Shown here one piece after another: positions 47,801 through 58,365 of a stretch of 64,000 nt of DNA. The notes under the pieces are model-generated. The model ran no database searches and had not been told where the DNA came from. It saw only the letters and a program-made list of their open reading frames with translations. The DNA is from Antedon mediterranea (Eukaryota > Animalia > Echinodermata). How positions within the stretch are numbered: the stretch's first letter is position 1; each line of letters begins with the position of its first letter. The stretch is taken from positions 8,510,422 to 8,574,421 of the forward strand of contig NC_092678.1 of NCBI RefSeq assembly GCF_964355755.1, given 5' to 3'. The position numbers and the translations under genes are program-made.

Positions 47801-50800
47801 CTTAACTTCTGAAGTTCTAATTGGTGCACGTTTCTAAGAGATGCTGCCCTGGCTTTAAGTTCAGCTCTTTTCTGCTCACTTCGTAGCCTTTCCGACACAG
47901 CCAAACTATGCTGAGACGACCTTCTTGACACAATAGATCCAGGTGGATTGGGTCTCTTACTGGAAGCTATTCCAAACCATTCTTCCATTGAAGCCTTAAA
48001 ATTGCCAAGCCAATTGCTTCTTTCATCATACCATTTAATTCTATAACTAACACGTTCCTCGTCAGACAACAGAGCATAATATTCATCATGCCTTTGGAGA
48101 AATTCTTCATACATGCCCATCCATGCCTTATATTCATTTCTCATTACTTCCAAATCAGGATTACTCCCCTTCACATACTGAATACGTTCAGATTTTTCTT
48201 TAACGGCCTTAAAACTGTAATGAATATTTCTCAACTTTAAATCCTTATTATATTCAAGACCTTTCTCAGTGGGCACTCTACGCCTTCTTGTACTATCACC
48301 AATTAATCCTGCTGTACTCATTCTCAGCCTTTTCGTTAATGCTTATTCAGAACAAAATACACAAGTTCTGCCAATTGTTGCATCCACATGAGTACTGTAT
48401 TTATTTGACATAGGCTTGCTAATGCGTGACGATAATCTAACGTGACGGTTACAATGTTCCTATATAATTACTTCTTTCTAGGAATTCTCCGCCACGCCCA
48501 AGTTCACATATCACGATTAACTGAAAGTTTAACAAAACATCTATAAAGTAAAGACTCAATAGTTACTACAATAGTTTCATTAAGATGATATGCCTGCCTC
48601 CTAATCTTATGTGTATATAAGTATACGCTTACCGAAAGTAGGCCTAAGCAACCAAAGTAATACACTAGCATCCCACTGATGTGTCCATTAACCACCATTG
48701 TCTTGTACTAACTGACTGACCTTGGCCACAGAACACAGTGAGCTAATTTGCATAATAATGCCACCTGTGAGCACTACTAACTAGCCAATCAGCAAAGAGT
48801 TACTCAAGTGGAACAATGAGCTAACTTGGCTTCATAGAGCCACACAATAAATAAAGTACAGTAAATTAATAGTAAAACTTCTTAATTTGGCCTTTACAAT
48901 ACATGTAGAATACGTGCGTATGCGCTGCATTAAATTTTAATTACTCACAATACAAGCATCGGTGGCGTACCATACAATTCGACTTTTTAATCCGGCGGCC
49001 GAGATTGTCGGCGGCCGAGATGGATCTAACCCCCTATACCTACAGTATTCAATATTTTTGTTTTTTTATTAATTTTTTGAGCAGGTATGTGAAGAGATTG
49101 GGTATTTGAATGAAGTCATTACACAACCCCCCCCCCCCCCCAAAGGATCGCCAAAATTTTATTTTTAGTAACACAAAATAAAACTACTACACAACAGTAG
49201 GCAACCACATGACAATTTTCACCAGAATTTTAAGACATATTTCGTATAATTCTTTTAATCATTATCTTTATAGTGATCGAGCAGTTGCCTATGGATTTGC
49301 GTGAAAGATTTACAGAAATTCGAGAGATGGATTTACAAGTACAAAGTAAACAAAATTGTTTAAACAAAATTAATTAACATACAGTATGTTATGTGTCTGT
49401 ATGTGTATTGTAGTTTTTATCTTGAAGTCTACTGTAATTTTTTACCAACAAGCCCCACTTTTCTAAATACTCAGTATAACATATGCATTAGGTAGGTATT
49501 ACTGTAGGATAACACCAAAATACAGTGATCCCTTTTCTTTGGCACAATTTCACTGCGGAAAAACAATAACAAATGTTAATGTAGATAAACTACATTCAAT
49601 TAGACCTATTGTACCAGTGACCCAAATTGAACTGGTCCAGTTTGTGCAATGCAAATTCAATTTAAGCTCAACTGTAAATTTTATCCATTTTCACCAAATA
49701 GTAAATACTCATTTTTTTTTAAAAACAGAAACGGACTAATTTGTGTAGTTTACTTAAATTTTAGATTCAGTGGACAACTTAGGAGCAAGAGTGAAAACAT
49801 TTTTTGATAGCTGCCGTAAGGATAAAGTCGAGAAGAAGGAGCAACAGTACAATGGTATTCGAAAGGTAAATATTGTATAGCTTGGTGGCCTGTACATCAT
49901 GAAAACACGTTTTCCATGACTGTGTCTGTCAAACCGCAGCATAGTTGTCTTTCGCTTTCATGACGCGACAAGTGACTACAGAACTGAAATCGGAAAATTC
50001 TTCTGCATGTGAGCATGCCTAGAATGACTTATTTTCTACAAACATTTTTTTAATCAAAACTACATACAGTAAATTAATGAATTAATTAGTTTTTGGTTCT
50101 GACTTTCATACTTAATATTACCCATTAACAAGATAACTAGAGAGGCTGCTTCTCAAAAAGAAGATTAATAGGTTTTAATTTTGTGTGTTAATATTCTGCT
50201 CAAGTGTGAGAAGATGATTAGAAGTTTTGCGACATAATTGTTATATGAATGTGTATAAATATTTTAATTGAGGACAAAATAAAGTAAGATCTGAAGTGTA
50301 AACATCAAAACTAACAAAAAGTAATTGAGATTTTATTTAACAATCAATATTATTATACTTAATGAATATTTATGGTGAAATCGGGCAAATAACTTCATTA
50401 GGAGAAAGATGAAAGTTTATTTTCACCAAGCAAAGCAAAATAAAGATAGATCATTTAATCTTTCACCAAATTAAATTTTTTGTTCCATTGCATGAATATA
50501 CAACATTCATTATTTAATATTTTTATATCGCCTACTTTTAATGAGAGGTTAGGCCAACGAGATGGTAGCAATTTATTTTTTTTTATTATTTTAATTATAG
50601 CCATGCATTCCTGTTGCTGACTGTGCAATAACACAATAATAATAATCCATGTCAGAGTTTGATAGCAACAGTCTATTAAACCCCATGTGACCCACAATCA
50701 TCCAATCAAATGACAATACATCTAAAAATTATGATTATTTGTATATTTTTGCATGTTCATTTTCTACAGGATTATTATAAAACTTTAGAAGATGCTAATG

Positions 50801-53800
50801 AGAAAGTTCAAATGACCAATCAGATCTATGAACAAGTCGACAGACATTTACGAAAATTAGACCAAGAACTTGCTAAATTTAAAATGGAATTAGAAGCAGA
50901 CAATGCAGGAATCACGGAAATCCTAGAAAGAAGTACGTTAAGTGGGTTTGATCAGTTCTAACTTTCATTTGTGACTACCGTATATTAAGGATTGAGATTA
51001 CATTTTTGTCAACATACATAATATTGAGAATGATGAGAATTACAAAGATGAAAAGGGCCTTAATAATTGTTATCCTGGATTTATCTAAGCGCTGTACAGT
51101 AGGTACATATTATTACCCCAGTTATTTTGGATAAAACGTGTATGGAAATATACTCCCATAATGCAGTAGTAATCGGTCCAAAGTTGTGTCTTGACTTTAC
51201 CCGGTACCTATTGTACACTTGAGTAAAGTAAAGTTTCTTGCCGAAGGGTAAACATTCAACTTTTATTGCCAAAAAAAGAAATATGTATATATATATAAAT
51301 ATATATTTAAAAAAAAAAAGAAATAAATTACAGCATGGCAATAGGAGGTTAAAAAAATAGGGTACAAGCAATGCGGCAAGCATCGGATTCAGACCCACTA
51401 TCCCAACGCCCTTAATGATGAATTTATTATACAAAGTTTTTAATATATTAATTTTATTAACAATTTTATTTAAATGTTCTATTTAAAATTTTTTTATCAA
51501 TAGCAGAATCATGAATTTTTTTAAAATGCTTCCATCATTTTTTATTTATACTATACAGGATCATTAGACCTTGATAAACCTATTCCTGGTTCGGGACAAC
51601 ATATTGTTAGTCGAGGAGAAAGTAAGCTAAATTTTTCTTTTTTTAGATCAGAGATTCAACATTATTATATATATCTATTGATATATTGATACTAATACCA
51701 AGGCTGACAATGTATTTATTTGTAATATTCTATTATGGACCTTTTGTTTTTACAATGCAGGGCTCGATTTAGTGCTAGCCCGGCGTACAATGGCTAGTAA
51801 AAACAGCTCCGGGCTACCTAAAGTATCTTCCTTTAAGCCCGGATGGCTAGTAGGTTGTGGGAACTCGAAATTGGGACGAAATGACCTCATAAAAATAACT
51901 CCAGCATAAAAGACATATATGTCTTGGCAACATCATAAAAAAAAACCACTCGCGCGCTGCTGCTGTGGCCATAACAAGTGATGATGTAGGCGGAGCCTCT
52001 CATAATCAAACAAATTTCCCGAATTTTGATTGGCCATTTATGTTTTTGTCACCCAGGTTATTGTGAGTAGGCGGAGCTTCATTATCAGGTCAAACATGTC
52101 ACAAAAATATGACCATAAATAACGAACTGTGATTGGCCAAATGTAGTAGAATTTTGCCAATGTTAAAAATAACTTGTCTAGTCTTGTCATCAGGCCTGGT
52201 TGTCACAGATCAAAGCTAGGGATATTTTGTAGGGCTGGGTGGCTGGCTCTATCCCTGTAGGTAGGCCATGGAGGCCATATTTTATAATATGCGTAGGAGG
52301 CCTAGATAGAATCAAAAGCCATCGTTTGGCATCGTGATGGCTGCTCAGCAGCAGCTAGGCCTAGCTAGATACTACCTAGGCCTAGGCCTATAGTACCATT
52401 TTGGTACAGTAGGCCAGGTGCTCCAACCAATGCGATCTAGTAGGTAGGTCTATCCTAGCTACCCTACTATAATAATAGGCTCTAGGCCTAGGCCTCTAGC
52501 CTAAGGTAGACAGAATCTAATTAGTTTTCTTGGCTAGGTTGAAGCCCAACAACAAAAAGACCTCAATAAATCGATTCTGTGAATATGTTGAGCATGAAAT
52601 AGACTATGCTTCGCAACGCAAAGTTAATTTTTATAATGTGAACCGGAATGTGAACAATAAAGAAATACAATTTTGTGTAATTTTTCATGCAATTATAGTT
52701 TAATACAGTTTGTATGTAAATGTGTAGCAATTCTCGAGCGTTTAGATTAGTACGCCCTCTATTGTACAAAATGCCTGAATTCATTTATATGGCGGCCCTG
52801 CTATCACGGTGCGATAATAAGAGTGGGCTAGTAAAATAAATTATGGGCTAGTGAAATCTACAGTGAACTAGCCCAGTGGGCTAGCAACATGAAAAAGATA
52901 AATCGAGCCCTGCAATGTAACGCAACTACACGGAGGTTGAGTCTAAAAGTCATTCTGGTCATGCTTAGAACATACTGTGTGTAGACTCAATAACTAGATA
53001 GTGGTAATAGCATAGCATACTTATGTACAGTGGAACCTTAGTTTTACATACCCTGATTTTACGTTCCCTGGATTTTACGTACGCCTAAAATAACCGATTC
53101 ATCATTTTCTTACATTGAGGGCGCAATTTAACAACATCAAATCATACATTCCCCCTACAGCAGCGACTGTTTTTATTGATGGAAAATACAAGAACATTGA
53201 TATTTTAATTTACACTTTATTTAAACATCGCACAGCCTGTATATACAGTACTGTACTTTTTTAGTTAGGTCTCACATCTTGCTAGCCTGGCCAGGCCTAG
53301 CTATTGACAACCTGCATGCTGTACAGTAAAGTAGGCAAACACGGTAGCCTACAGTAGCTACGATCTCTACGTATTTGGGGTTAATTTAAGGTCAACCTTG
53401 ATTTTACGAATTCTGTGTTTTACGTACGCCTAAAGGTTCTACTGTACTGTATTATATCGTTTGAGTTGTAGTTATGCACTTGTTACTTGATACAGTAATT
53501 TTATAATACATTTAATTTATAATTAATAACAAACAATAAAAAATATCAAACGGCAAAAGCGCCAGACAAATGCGCTACACACCAAATTTCCATTTCTTAA
53601 CATTTCCAGTTATTAACTTGTACTGATAATTCCTATAAATTGTTTTAATTCTAGAACGAAAACACCACACAACAGAAAACCATTCAGAAAAGAAGATGCA
53701 TACACAAGAGAAGTTGGCCTTGACATCTGTTGAAAATACTTCAAGCACCTTATCCAGCGGTCATTCCAGTAGCAGCAACAGCAGCAGTGTCAAGAGTGAG

Positions 53801-56800
53801 AGTAAAGAACCAGTGACGTCATCCTCATCAGCCAGTTTGTCATACAGTCTTGGTACGGTTGGCGCCAATAGTTCCAATCCATTGGCGTTGGCTGCTGCTC
53901 AGGCAGTTTCTAATACATTACAAGTAAGTATGGTACTAATCATTAAGTCTGGGTACAATTGGTGCTTTAACAGTTGAAATACACCTGGCTTTGGTGGCTG
54001 TTTGGCAGTTTCTAATACATTACAAGTAAGTAAAGTACTAATCATTAAGTCTGGGTACAATTGGTGCTTTAACAGTTGAAATACACCTGGCTTTGGTGGC
54101 TGCTTGGCAGTTTCTAATACGTTACAGATAAGTGGTAATGTTTGTTTCTAAATACAGTTGATTATAATATTGGAAATCCACTGGCTTTGGTGGATTCTCA
54201 GACAGTATTTATTTTTATTTACTTAATACCATCTTTAATGAGGGTGGCCTCTCCCGTTCCAGTGAGGGAACTGATCGAATTTGAGGCCAAGTAAGCCTAA
54301 ATACTGCATCAATGTTGTCATAATTGTTAAACTACCAAGCCATGTTGATGAAGCTAATTCTAGAGGTTCCTATTTCCTTAAAATCATGTAACAAAAACAC
54401 ATGAATAACTCTTTTATTCCATTACTGGTAGTTGTTAAGCTCAAGCTAAACCACTTTTATAATATTTTCTGTTTATACTTTTCTTCTCAGATGAATCAGG
54501 GACGTAGAACGGCAAGCTTTAAAGCAAGTTTTGAAGCGTTGCGTTCTGTAGGTTTTGATCCTACCATAATCACCAAGGATTTCACAATTGGTTCAACCTC
54601 CCCGGCAGCGTCATCAGAGAGTACCAGAAGCCAAAGACAACGCAAGTTCGTTGCTTTAATTACTAAATCATTGTAAAATAACATAAGTAATCAGTAATTC
54701 TGGATTTTAAATTGCGAATATGTCTGTGTGTCAGCAGCTTATACCACCATAATGCCAACCATTAGTGGCCATGTCTGAACATAGCCTTATGTTTATGCTA
54801 AGGAAAGAACATTAAAATCTACTAGTAAATTGTATGAATTCAGAGCTTATAAACTAAAAGTCTTTTGAAGGACATCTTTAAGTAATTAATTATGTTTTTG
54901 CTGATAACACATTGTCTGTCCCTGTAGTTATAAAAAAATAATAATAATATAATCGTAAAAAATATATTAAAAACTAAACAATTACTTAGTGTGAGGTATA
55001 TATTTTTTATAGACAAACCGCAAAAGCTCAGGCCTTATGGGAGAAGCATCAAGCTCAACAAGAACGTCACCAACAGCTTCAGCAGCTTCACCAACAGCAA
55101 ACAACCCCTCTACCAGATACTCCAGATGCTCCTCTTGTGCCACCGTTACCGGAAGATCCAAGCGTGCCATTAGAATGGACATATGATCCAAATGAGCCTC
55201 GTTATTGCATCTGTAACCAAGTGTCGTATGGAGAGATGGTGGGATGTGACAATCCAAATGTAAGTATCAGTGATTGCCTAAGCCTCCTGGTAATCATGGC
55301 TTTCCCTATATTTTTTATGTCAGCTCCCGCTAAATGTGCAATTTTTTTTTTACTACAGTAATTCATTTAAATGTATTGTCCCTTGAAACACAAAAAATGA
55401 AAAAAAAAATATTCTAAATTTAAATTGGCCATATCAAAGTAATATTAAAGTTATTCACTTTTAAGTCGAAAATTCGAGCCAAAAACAACAGTTTACGTAA
55501 TTAACAGGTAAATTAATTAGATTACATTTCGTCTGAGAAATCGTCGCAAGCGAAAGTAAACAAAGATTTCAAACCATGAGTATGCATTATGCACGATGCT
55601 AATTGTGACCCGATCTCGCAAAACCCTCTCTTTGTCGGCAATTCAAAATTCACGTAATCAGTCAAAATACGTCCAATTCGACTACCCTGGCAGATTACAT
55701 GTTTTTGCATTTTCGAAATATTTCACTATTTAAGAATACGTCTACCTGATTTAAACTCCCAAAATTTATTTAAAATTATGAAAAAAAAAAGTTTTAAAAA
55801 CATGTATTTTCCTCAAGCCTAACAATTTATTCACGATCTACGCTAAAATTTTGCGTAAATTCAGTTGAAAGTTGCCGAGTTTGACGACATTTTGATCGCC
55901 AGTTCGCTGCACAATATTGAAAGGTCACACATCAAAATAAAGCTCATCCATTTGACATTCCAAATATGGAAGTTTTAGGGCGGAGTTTAAAGAAGGAACC
56001 AATGAAATCTTTGATTTACTATGACATAATTTCAGAAAATTCGGTTCTTCGAAGTTTCTGGAACAGCGAACTGCGTGTGTTGCTATGGCGCATCATCGCA
56101 ATAACAAATGTTATTGGTCAACGCGCTAGATGTTATACGCTCTACGCGCGGAAATAAAAAGTTGTTTACATTTTTGTGAGGTTTTTTTCATTTTACACAC
56201 AGCATGTCGTAAATTGGAATAAAAACGATTTTAATATTCAAAGTAAAGTGTTCGGCGTGTTCTCCAATAGCTGTATCCTGTATTTGTTTATTCCATAGTA
56301 AAATAGACAAGTCAAAAACAATTCACGTCATAAATTCAATTGTATTTTCTATATTTTTTTGGGCTAGGCCTTAATTTTATTATGGTTGTAGGCCTACTAC
56401 TACTGGGCCTAGCTTTATTTTCAATAATAGTTTTCTTTATACATTTTATATATCCAATCGGCTCTTAATTATTTATTTAATTTATTGTCCAGTCCATTCA
56501 TATTAAATGTTTTTTTTTAATCATTGGATTCAAGTCCAAACATTACAGCGAATCTGCCACGTTATAAAACAAATAAATGTATTAAATCGTCAATATAATG
56601 TACTAGCAACCTGTGACTCTGCAAGGCGCCAGACTTGTCGAGGCTAGTTTACTACTAACGCCGGCCCAGTGTCGATGCACCGCTGCCATACACGGCTTGA
56701 TGAACACCCATCAGTAGGCCTAAAGTCTTACAGGCGATGACGGCGAAAATCTGAATAGGCCTAGCTAGGCCTAGGCCTGCTTGGTTTTTCGCTGTTGATA

Positions 56801-57822
56801 TCGTAAACACTTACGAAACCAGTTAAAATAAGTTATAATGCTACTTTTCAATAGTGCAAAATAGTTAATTCGAGTGACTAAATAGGTTAAAACGGGGTCT
56901 GAAATCAGTCAAATTGACTATGATGTGCACGCTGCTATTATCGCACACACTTCCTGGTATGACGTCATTGTGCCTTAGACCAAAATACCGCGTTGCTACG
57001 GAGTGAGTTTTCAGCGCGTATCAAAAAGAATTTCATTGCAAACTTCAAACGCGATTTTCTCGTAAACTAATTGAATGATTTGTAAGTTTTTAAAATGTAA
57101 TAACTTTTTAAATATTTACTCAATTTTTATGAAATTAACACCACTAAAAAGCTTATGATTAAAATAATCCAAATATATAAAAAAATACAAAATGAATATT
57201 TCCGACAAAAGTAGGGTTTTGCCAGATCGGGTCACAATTGGGATTGTTTACAACTCATCACGGTTGAGAAGGTGTTTTCACACAGATCGCGAGGAAGTTT
57301 TATGATTATGCATACAGAGTAGCCAAACAAGCGCATTGCATTATGGGATATGTTTTGATTGAAAACTTTGACTGGAAGTCAAAGTTATTTTTTGAACAAA
57401 AAAACATCTGTATTTCGGTTAAATTATTTTTTTTTTTGACTAATTTTTGGTGAAAGTTAATAACTATTATGATACTTCAAAATAACCCACTTTTTTTCGA
57501 AATTAAAAAAAAAAAAATTTTTTTGAATTAGTCAAAGGGACAATACATCTTTAAGCTTTAGTACTTCTTGAAACATTTATGTTTATTACCGTCAATAAAG
57601 ATAAGATTAAAACTGCTGAAGCGAGTTGTTTTGTTTATTAATTTATAATTTTATATTTTTATTTTACAGTGCCCTATCGAATGGTTCCATTATGGTTGTG
57701 TTGGCATCTTAAATCCACCTAAAGGAAAATGGTATTGTCCGCAGTGTACTTCGTCAATGAAGAGACGTGAAAAGAAAGAAACACATCCAGAAAAAGAGAA
57801 GAAAAAAGACAAAAGTCATTAA
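38821..57822 (+). CDS. ING3: Inhibitor of growth 3 (NuA4/TIP60 subunit, PHD finger), ~416 aa
   Basis: Exons 38821-38848, 49274-49345, 49765-49865, 50770-50932, 51559-51621, 53655-53923, 54491-54645, 55013-55259 and 57670-57822; GT-AG, in phase (1251 nt). [71 protein letters not shown]; [51 protein letters not shown]. Confidence 0.97.
39100..39627. mobile_element. Truncated inverted copy of the 36091-38127 element with ~5.5 units of the 75-bp array
   Basis: 39100-39197 is the reverse complement of 38030-38127; array tagtatgtaaatgagatataaagattcggcaatacc... at 39205-39627. Confidence 0.85.
40305..41492. mobile_element. TIR-element end, related to 33488-34270
   Basis: Ends in atcgcgaccgatttcaagcgcgaccgatttcatctgacacc; left boundary uncertain. 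Confidence 0.6.
41681..42239 (-). repeat. 3' LTR
   Basis: Direct repeat of 48340-48898. Confidence 0.95.
42355..48321 (-). CDS. BEL/Pao Gag-Pol polyprotein (1988 aa)
   Basis: Triple zinc knuckle ([29 protein letters not shown]); protease FLDPGS; [28 protein letters not shown]; RNase H FSDAS..PRMEL..WTDS..NPAD; integrase H..GHLG..CVVC, DYFGP, SDNGTN, WERL. Confidence 0.96.
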   Translation of the reverse strand: MSTAGLIGDSTRRRRVPTEKGLEYNKDLKLRNIHYSFKAVKEKSERIQYVKGSNPDLEVMRNEYKAWMGMYEEFLQRHDEYYALLSDEERVSYRIKWYDERSNWLGNFKASMEEWFGIASSKRPNPPGSIVSRRSSQHSLAVSERLRSEQKRAELKARAASLRNVHQLELQKLSLRLKEEEMRLQTEVDVLEARSRVLDKFDSEAGSVFSDSLDIDRAPRARLASSLDGKVNAHTHVDVCAHIEDHRVHVQDKVPVYGDEVRVPDVNGKITNPYGMPTITTDLPQALVKQLQRPTPEMMKFGGDPMEYKKFMRQFQARVVRNTESDDERLYYLEQFTYGEAKKIVNGFSYLDAELGYQAALHELEERYGDTELIANAFIRKALAWPVIKDGNPKALDAFSIFLVECENAVRCVDSMKILEYSENMKKIVKRLPYSLHDKWRSLVQKTKENKQTVAFKLLVQFVKNEAKKANDPTYGKLALCGDDFGVQGPAQTKSRGRVSTATNLSDGQNLDGSILSSNKANSQTTRCLYCMNTSHSLMGCRKIETLTLQGRIHFLRSKGLCFGCLKPGHMKQHCRNKAVCKKCQGHHPSVLHVSGREGNAVDISKTIANNMEAPKTVAPNTDTSKTKSTTTQTQIDGSSSFADVYGSDTENTECDGDCTMAIVPVRVRMRNSIKEVVTYAFLDPGSNVSFCSSALMKEVCGTGHKMKITIETMGVPHTMYTYVVEGLEILSLDSLNITELPKVYTKDRMPVSHHHIPTASDVRHWPHFSDVHLPHVNADIGLLIGNNVPDAYTPRQVRTGPAGSPHATQTALGWIAWNVIRNDGSRSGKEDILAVNKATISAIQEVEDNRKLEKLVRECINYDFPERTIDDRKEWSQEDRRFMAVVEKSCRLKDGHYQISLPFRSDLNLPDNSEVAVRRLKGLEKRLRRDSKLHSDYNDFMSKIIQNGYAEIVPIKDLARADRKVWYIPHHGVYHPKKPDKVRVVFDCTCKYHGVSLNDLLLQGPNLTNNLIGVLLRFRQENVAIMGDIVSMFYQVHVPKDECDFLRFYWWPQGNLSIDPVIYRMTVHLFGAVSSPSCANFALRLTAQRNKNLFDPIVADTVLGNFDVDDCLKSVSSSDQAVSLIQQLTTLCEMGGFKLSKWVSNKREVLLSVPAAERAKEFENIELDYEKLSIERALGIRWSVVADTLGFKNVVPSRQPTRRNVLSIISSVYDPLGFAAPFILPAKILLQEMCRNNVQWDQELTGNDLARWQQWLNNLTNLDKLIIPRCFKPSIFGKVKSCQIHNFSDASNQGYGMVSYLRLEDVDGKIHCSLLIGKSRVAPLKKVTVPRMELTAAMLAVRVNKIIMDELSCQVHKVLFWTDSMSVLKWISNESAHFHTFVANRIHTIRESSESSQWRYVESKCNPADDASRGLDFRNLLQNQRWLKGPDFLWKSEDNWPKYDIQPQPILDNDPEVKTTANAVIVNGSSEIIKRLFSRYSTWMRLKIAVGWILRLKCKLREQAALKKRKLNNNHNQTQTQAENKKLQCNGNPISPEILETAEEAIIRYVQTKQFPDELNSLKEGELHGKLKKSSSIYKLNPFIKDGILRVGGRLEQASIPYEMKHPILLPKKHVVSNLLLEETHRLTGHLGKNAILARVRQKYWILGANEAIKRLTSKCVVCRKYQGKAGEQMMADLPEERLKPNMPPFSNIGMDYFGPLEVKRGRAVQKRYGVIFTCFTSRAVHLEVAHSLDTASCINAIRRFIARRGTPNMILSDNGTNLVGAERELREEISKWNQTKLTNTLSQKGIAWKFNPPHGSHFGGVWERLIRSVRKILYSLMHHQMHRFDDEGLHTLFCKVEATLNSRPITTVSDDPNDLQALTPNDLLLSKGKVLQPGIFSKDDNYPRRRWRQVQHLADLFWKRWTKEYLPTLQVRRKWINPRRNFAVGDIVLLMENTPRNTWALGRVLKVMTDRNGYVRVVEVKTATTVLQRPIDKLCLLLEADN
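48340..48898 (-). repeat. 5' LTR
   Basis: Direct repeat of 41681-42239. Confidence 0.95.
51758..52912. mobile_element. Non-autonomous hAT-like element with a 5-bp TSD
   Basis: TIRs cagggctcgattta / taaatcgagccctg; CAATG on both sides; subterminal ggctag repeats. Confidence 0.85.
53028..53444. mobile_element. pogo/Tigger-like MITE
   Basis: TA-cagtggaacctt ... aaggttctactg-TA; internal repeat ttttacgtacgcctaaa. Confidence 0.7.
53846..54210 (+). repeat. ~102-bp tandem duplication of the ING3 exon 6 3' end and splice donor
   Basis: Units start near 53846, 53946 and 54048, with a degenerate fourth; each ends ggcagtttctaatac(a/g)ttaca..taagt. Confidence 0.8.
55371..57550. mobile_element. Kolobok-like element hosting a nested insertion
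   Basis: TTAA-atgtattgtccctt ... aagggacaatacatct-TTAA. Confidence 0.65.
55605..57235. mobile_element. Sola1-like non-autonomous element
   Basis: TIRs gtgacccgatctcgcaaaaccc / gggttttgccagatcgggtcac; AATT TSD (AWWT type). Confidence 0.7.
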
Positions 57823-58365
57823 ATTTTGTGTCAAATGCATAGAAAGAAAGTGGCATTAAAAAGGTTGATGTAATAATAATAATGATCCCATGGTATGTCG
57901 TAAAAAGGACAAATTTAACTGGAGGGATATAATTGAATACACTGTAACATACATGTATATATTGTCCAATGTGTGATTTTGAAGTAGTTGTGTAGTTTTT
58001 AAAAAGTGGTAGAAAAAAGGCAGTTCAGCACAAAACCTGCTGAACCAAATGTAGTTAAAGCAAGCAAGGGCATTTACTGTTGAGTAAACAATAAATATTG
58101 TACTAAAATCAAAGAAACAATAACAAGAGTTTTTATTGAAACCAGTTACATACATACAGGTACTGTGATGGTAAGTATTGTACATTTCCTAGTGTAGTGT
58201 ATATTGGCAAAATGATAATGGTATCGTATATTTATTTTATCTTATTCATAACCTAATTTCTATGAGACAGTTGCATTATACAATGCATTTATTATATAAT
58301 AGCGCATTCCACAAACAATCTCTTCTCATTGCTGTGTTTGTTACAATTACATGCTTCTCCCCTAA

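Larger units (their letters stand above)
41681..48898 (-). mobile_element. Full-length BEL/Pao LTR retrotransposon
   Basis: 559-bp TG...CA LTRs at 41681-42239 and 48340-48898 (no differences seen by eye); PPT aaggggccgg next to the 3' LTR; single gag-pol ORF. Confidence 0.96.
38995..49032. mobile_element. Outer TIR element of a nested stack in ING3 intron 1
   Basis: Inverted termini ggcttaggtccatctcggccgccgacaacctcggccgccgg / ccggcggccgagattgtcggcggccgagatggatctaaccc; no TSD recognised. Confidence 0.65.
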
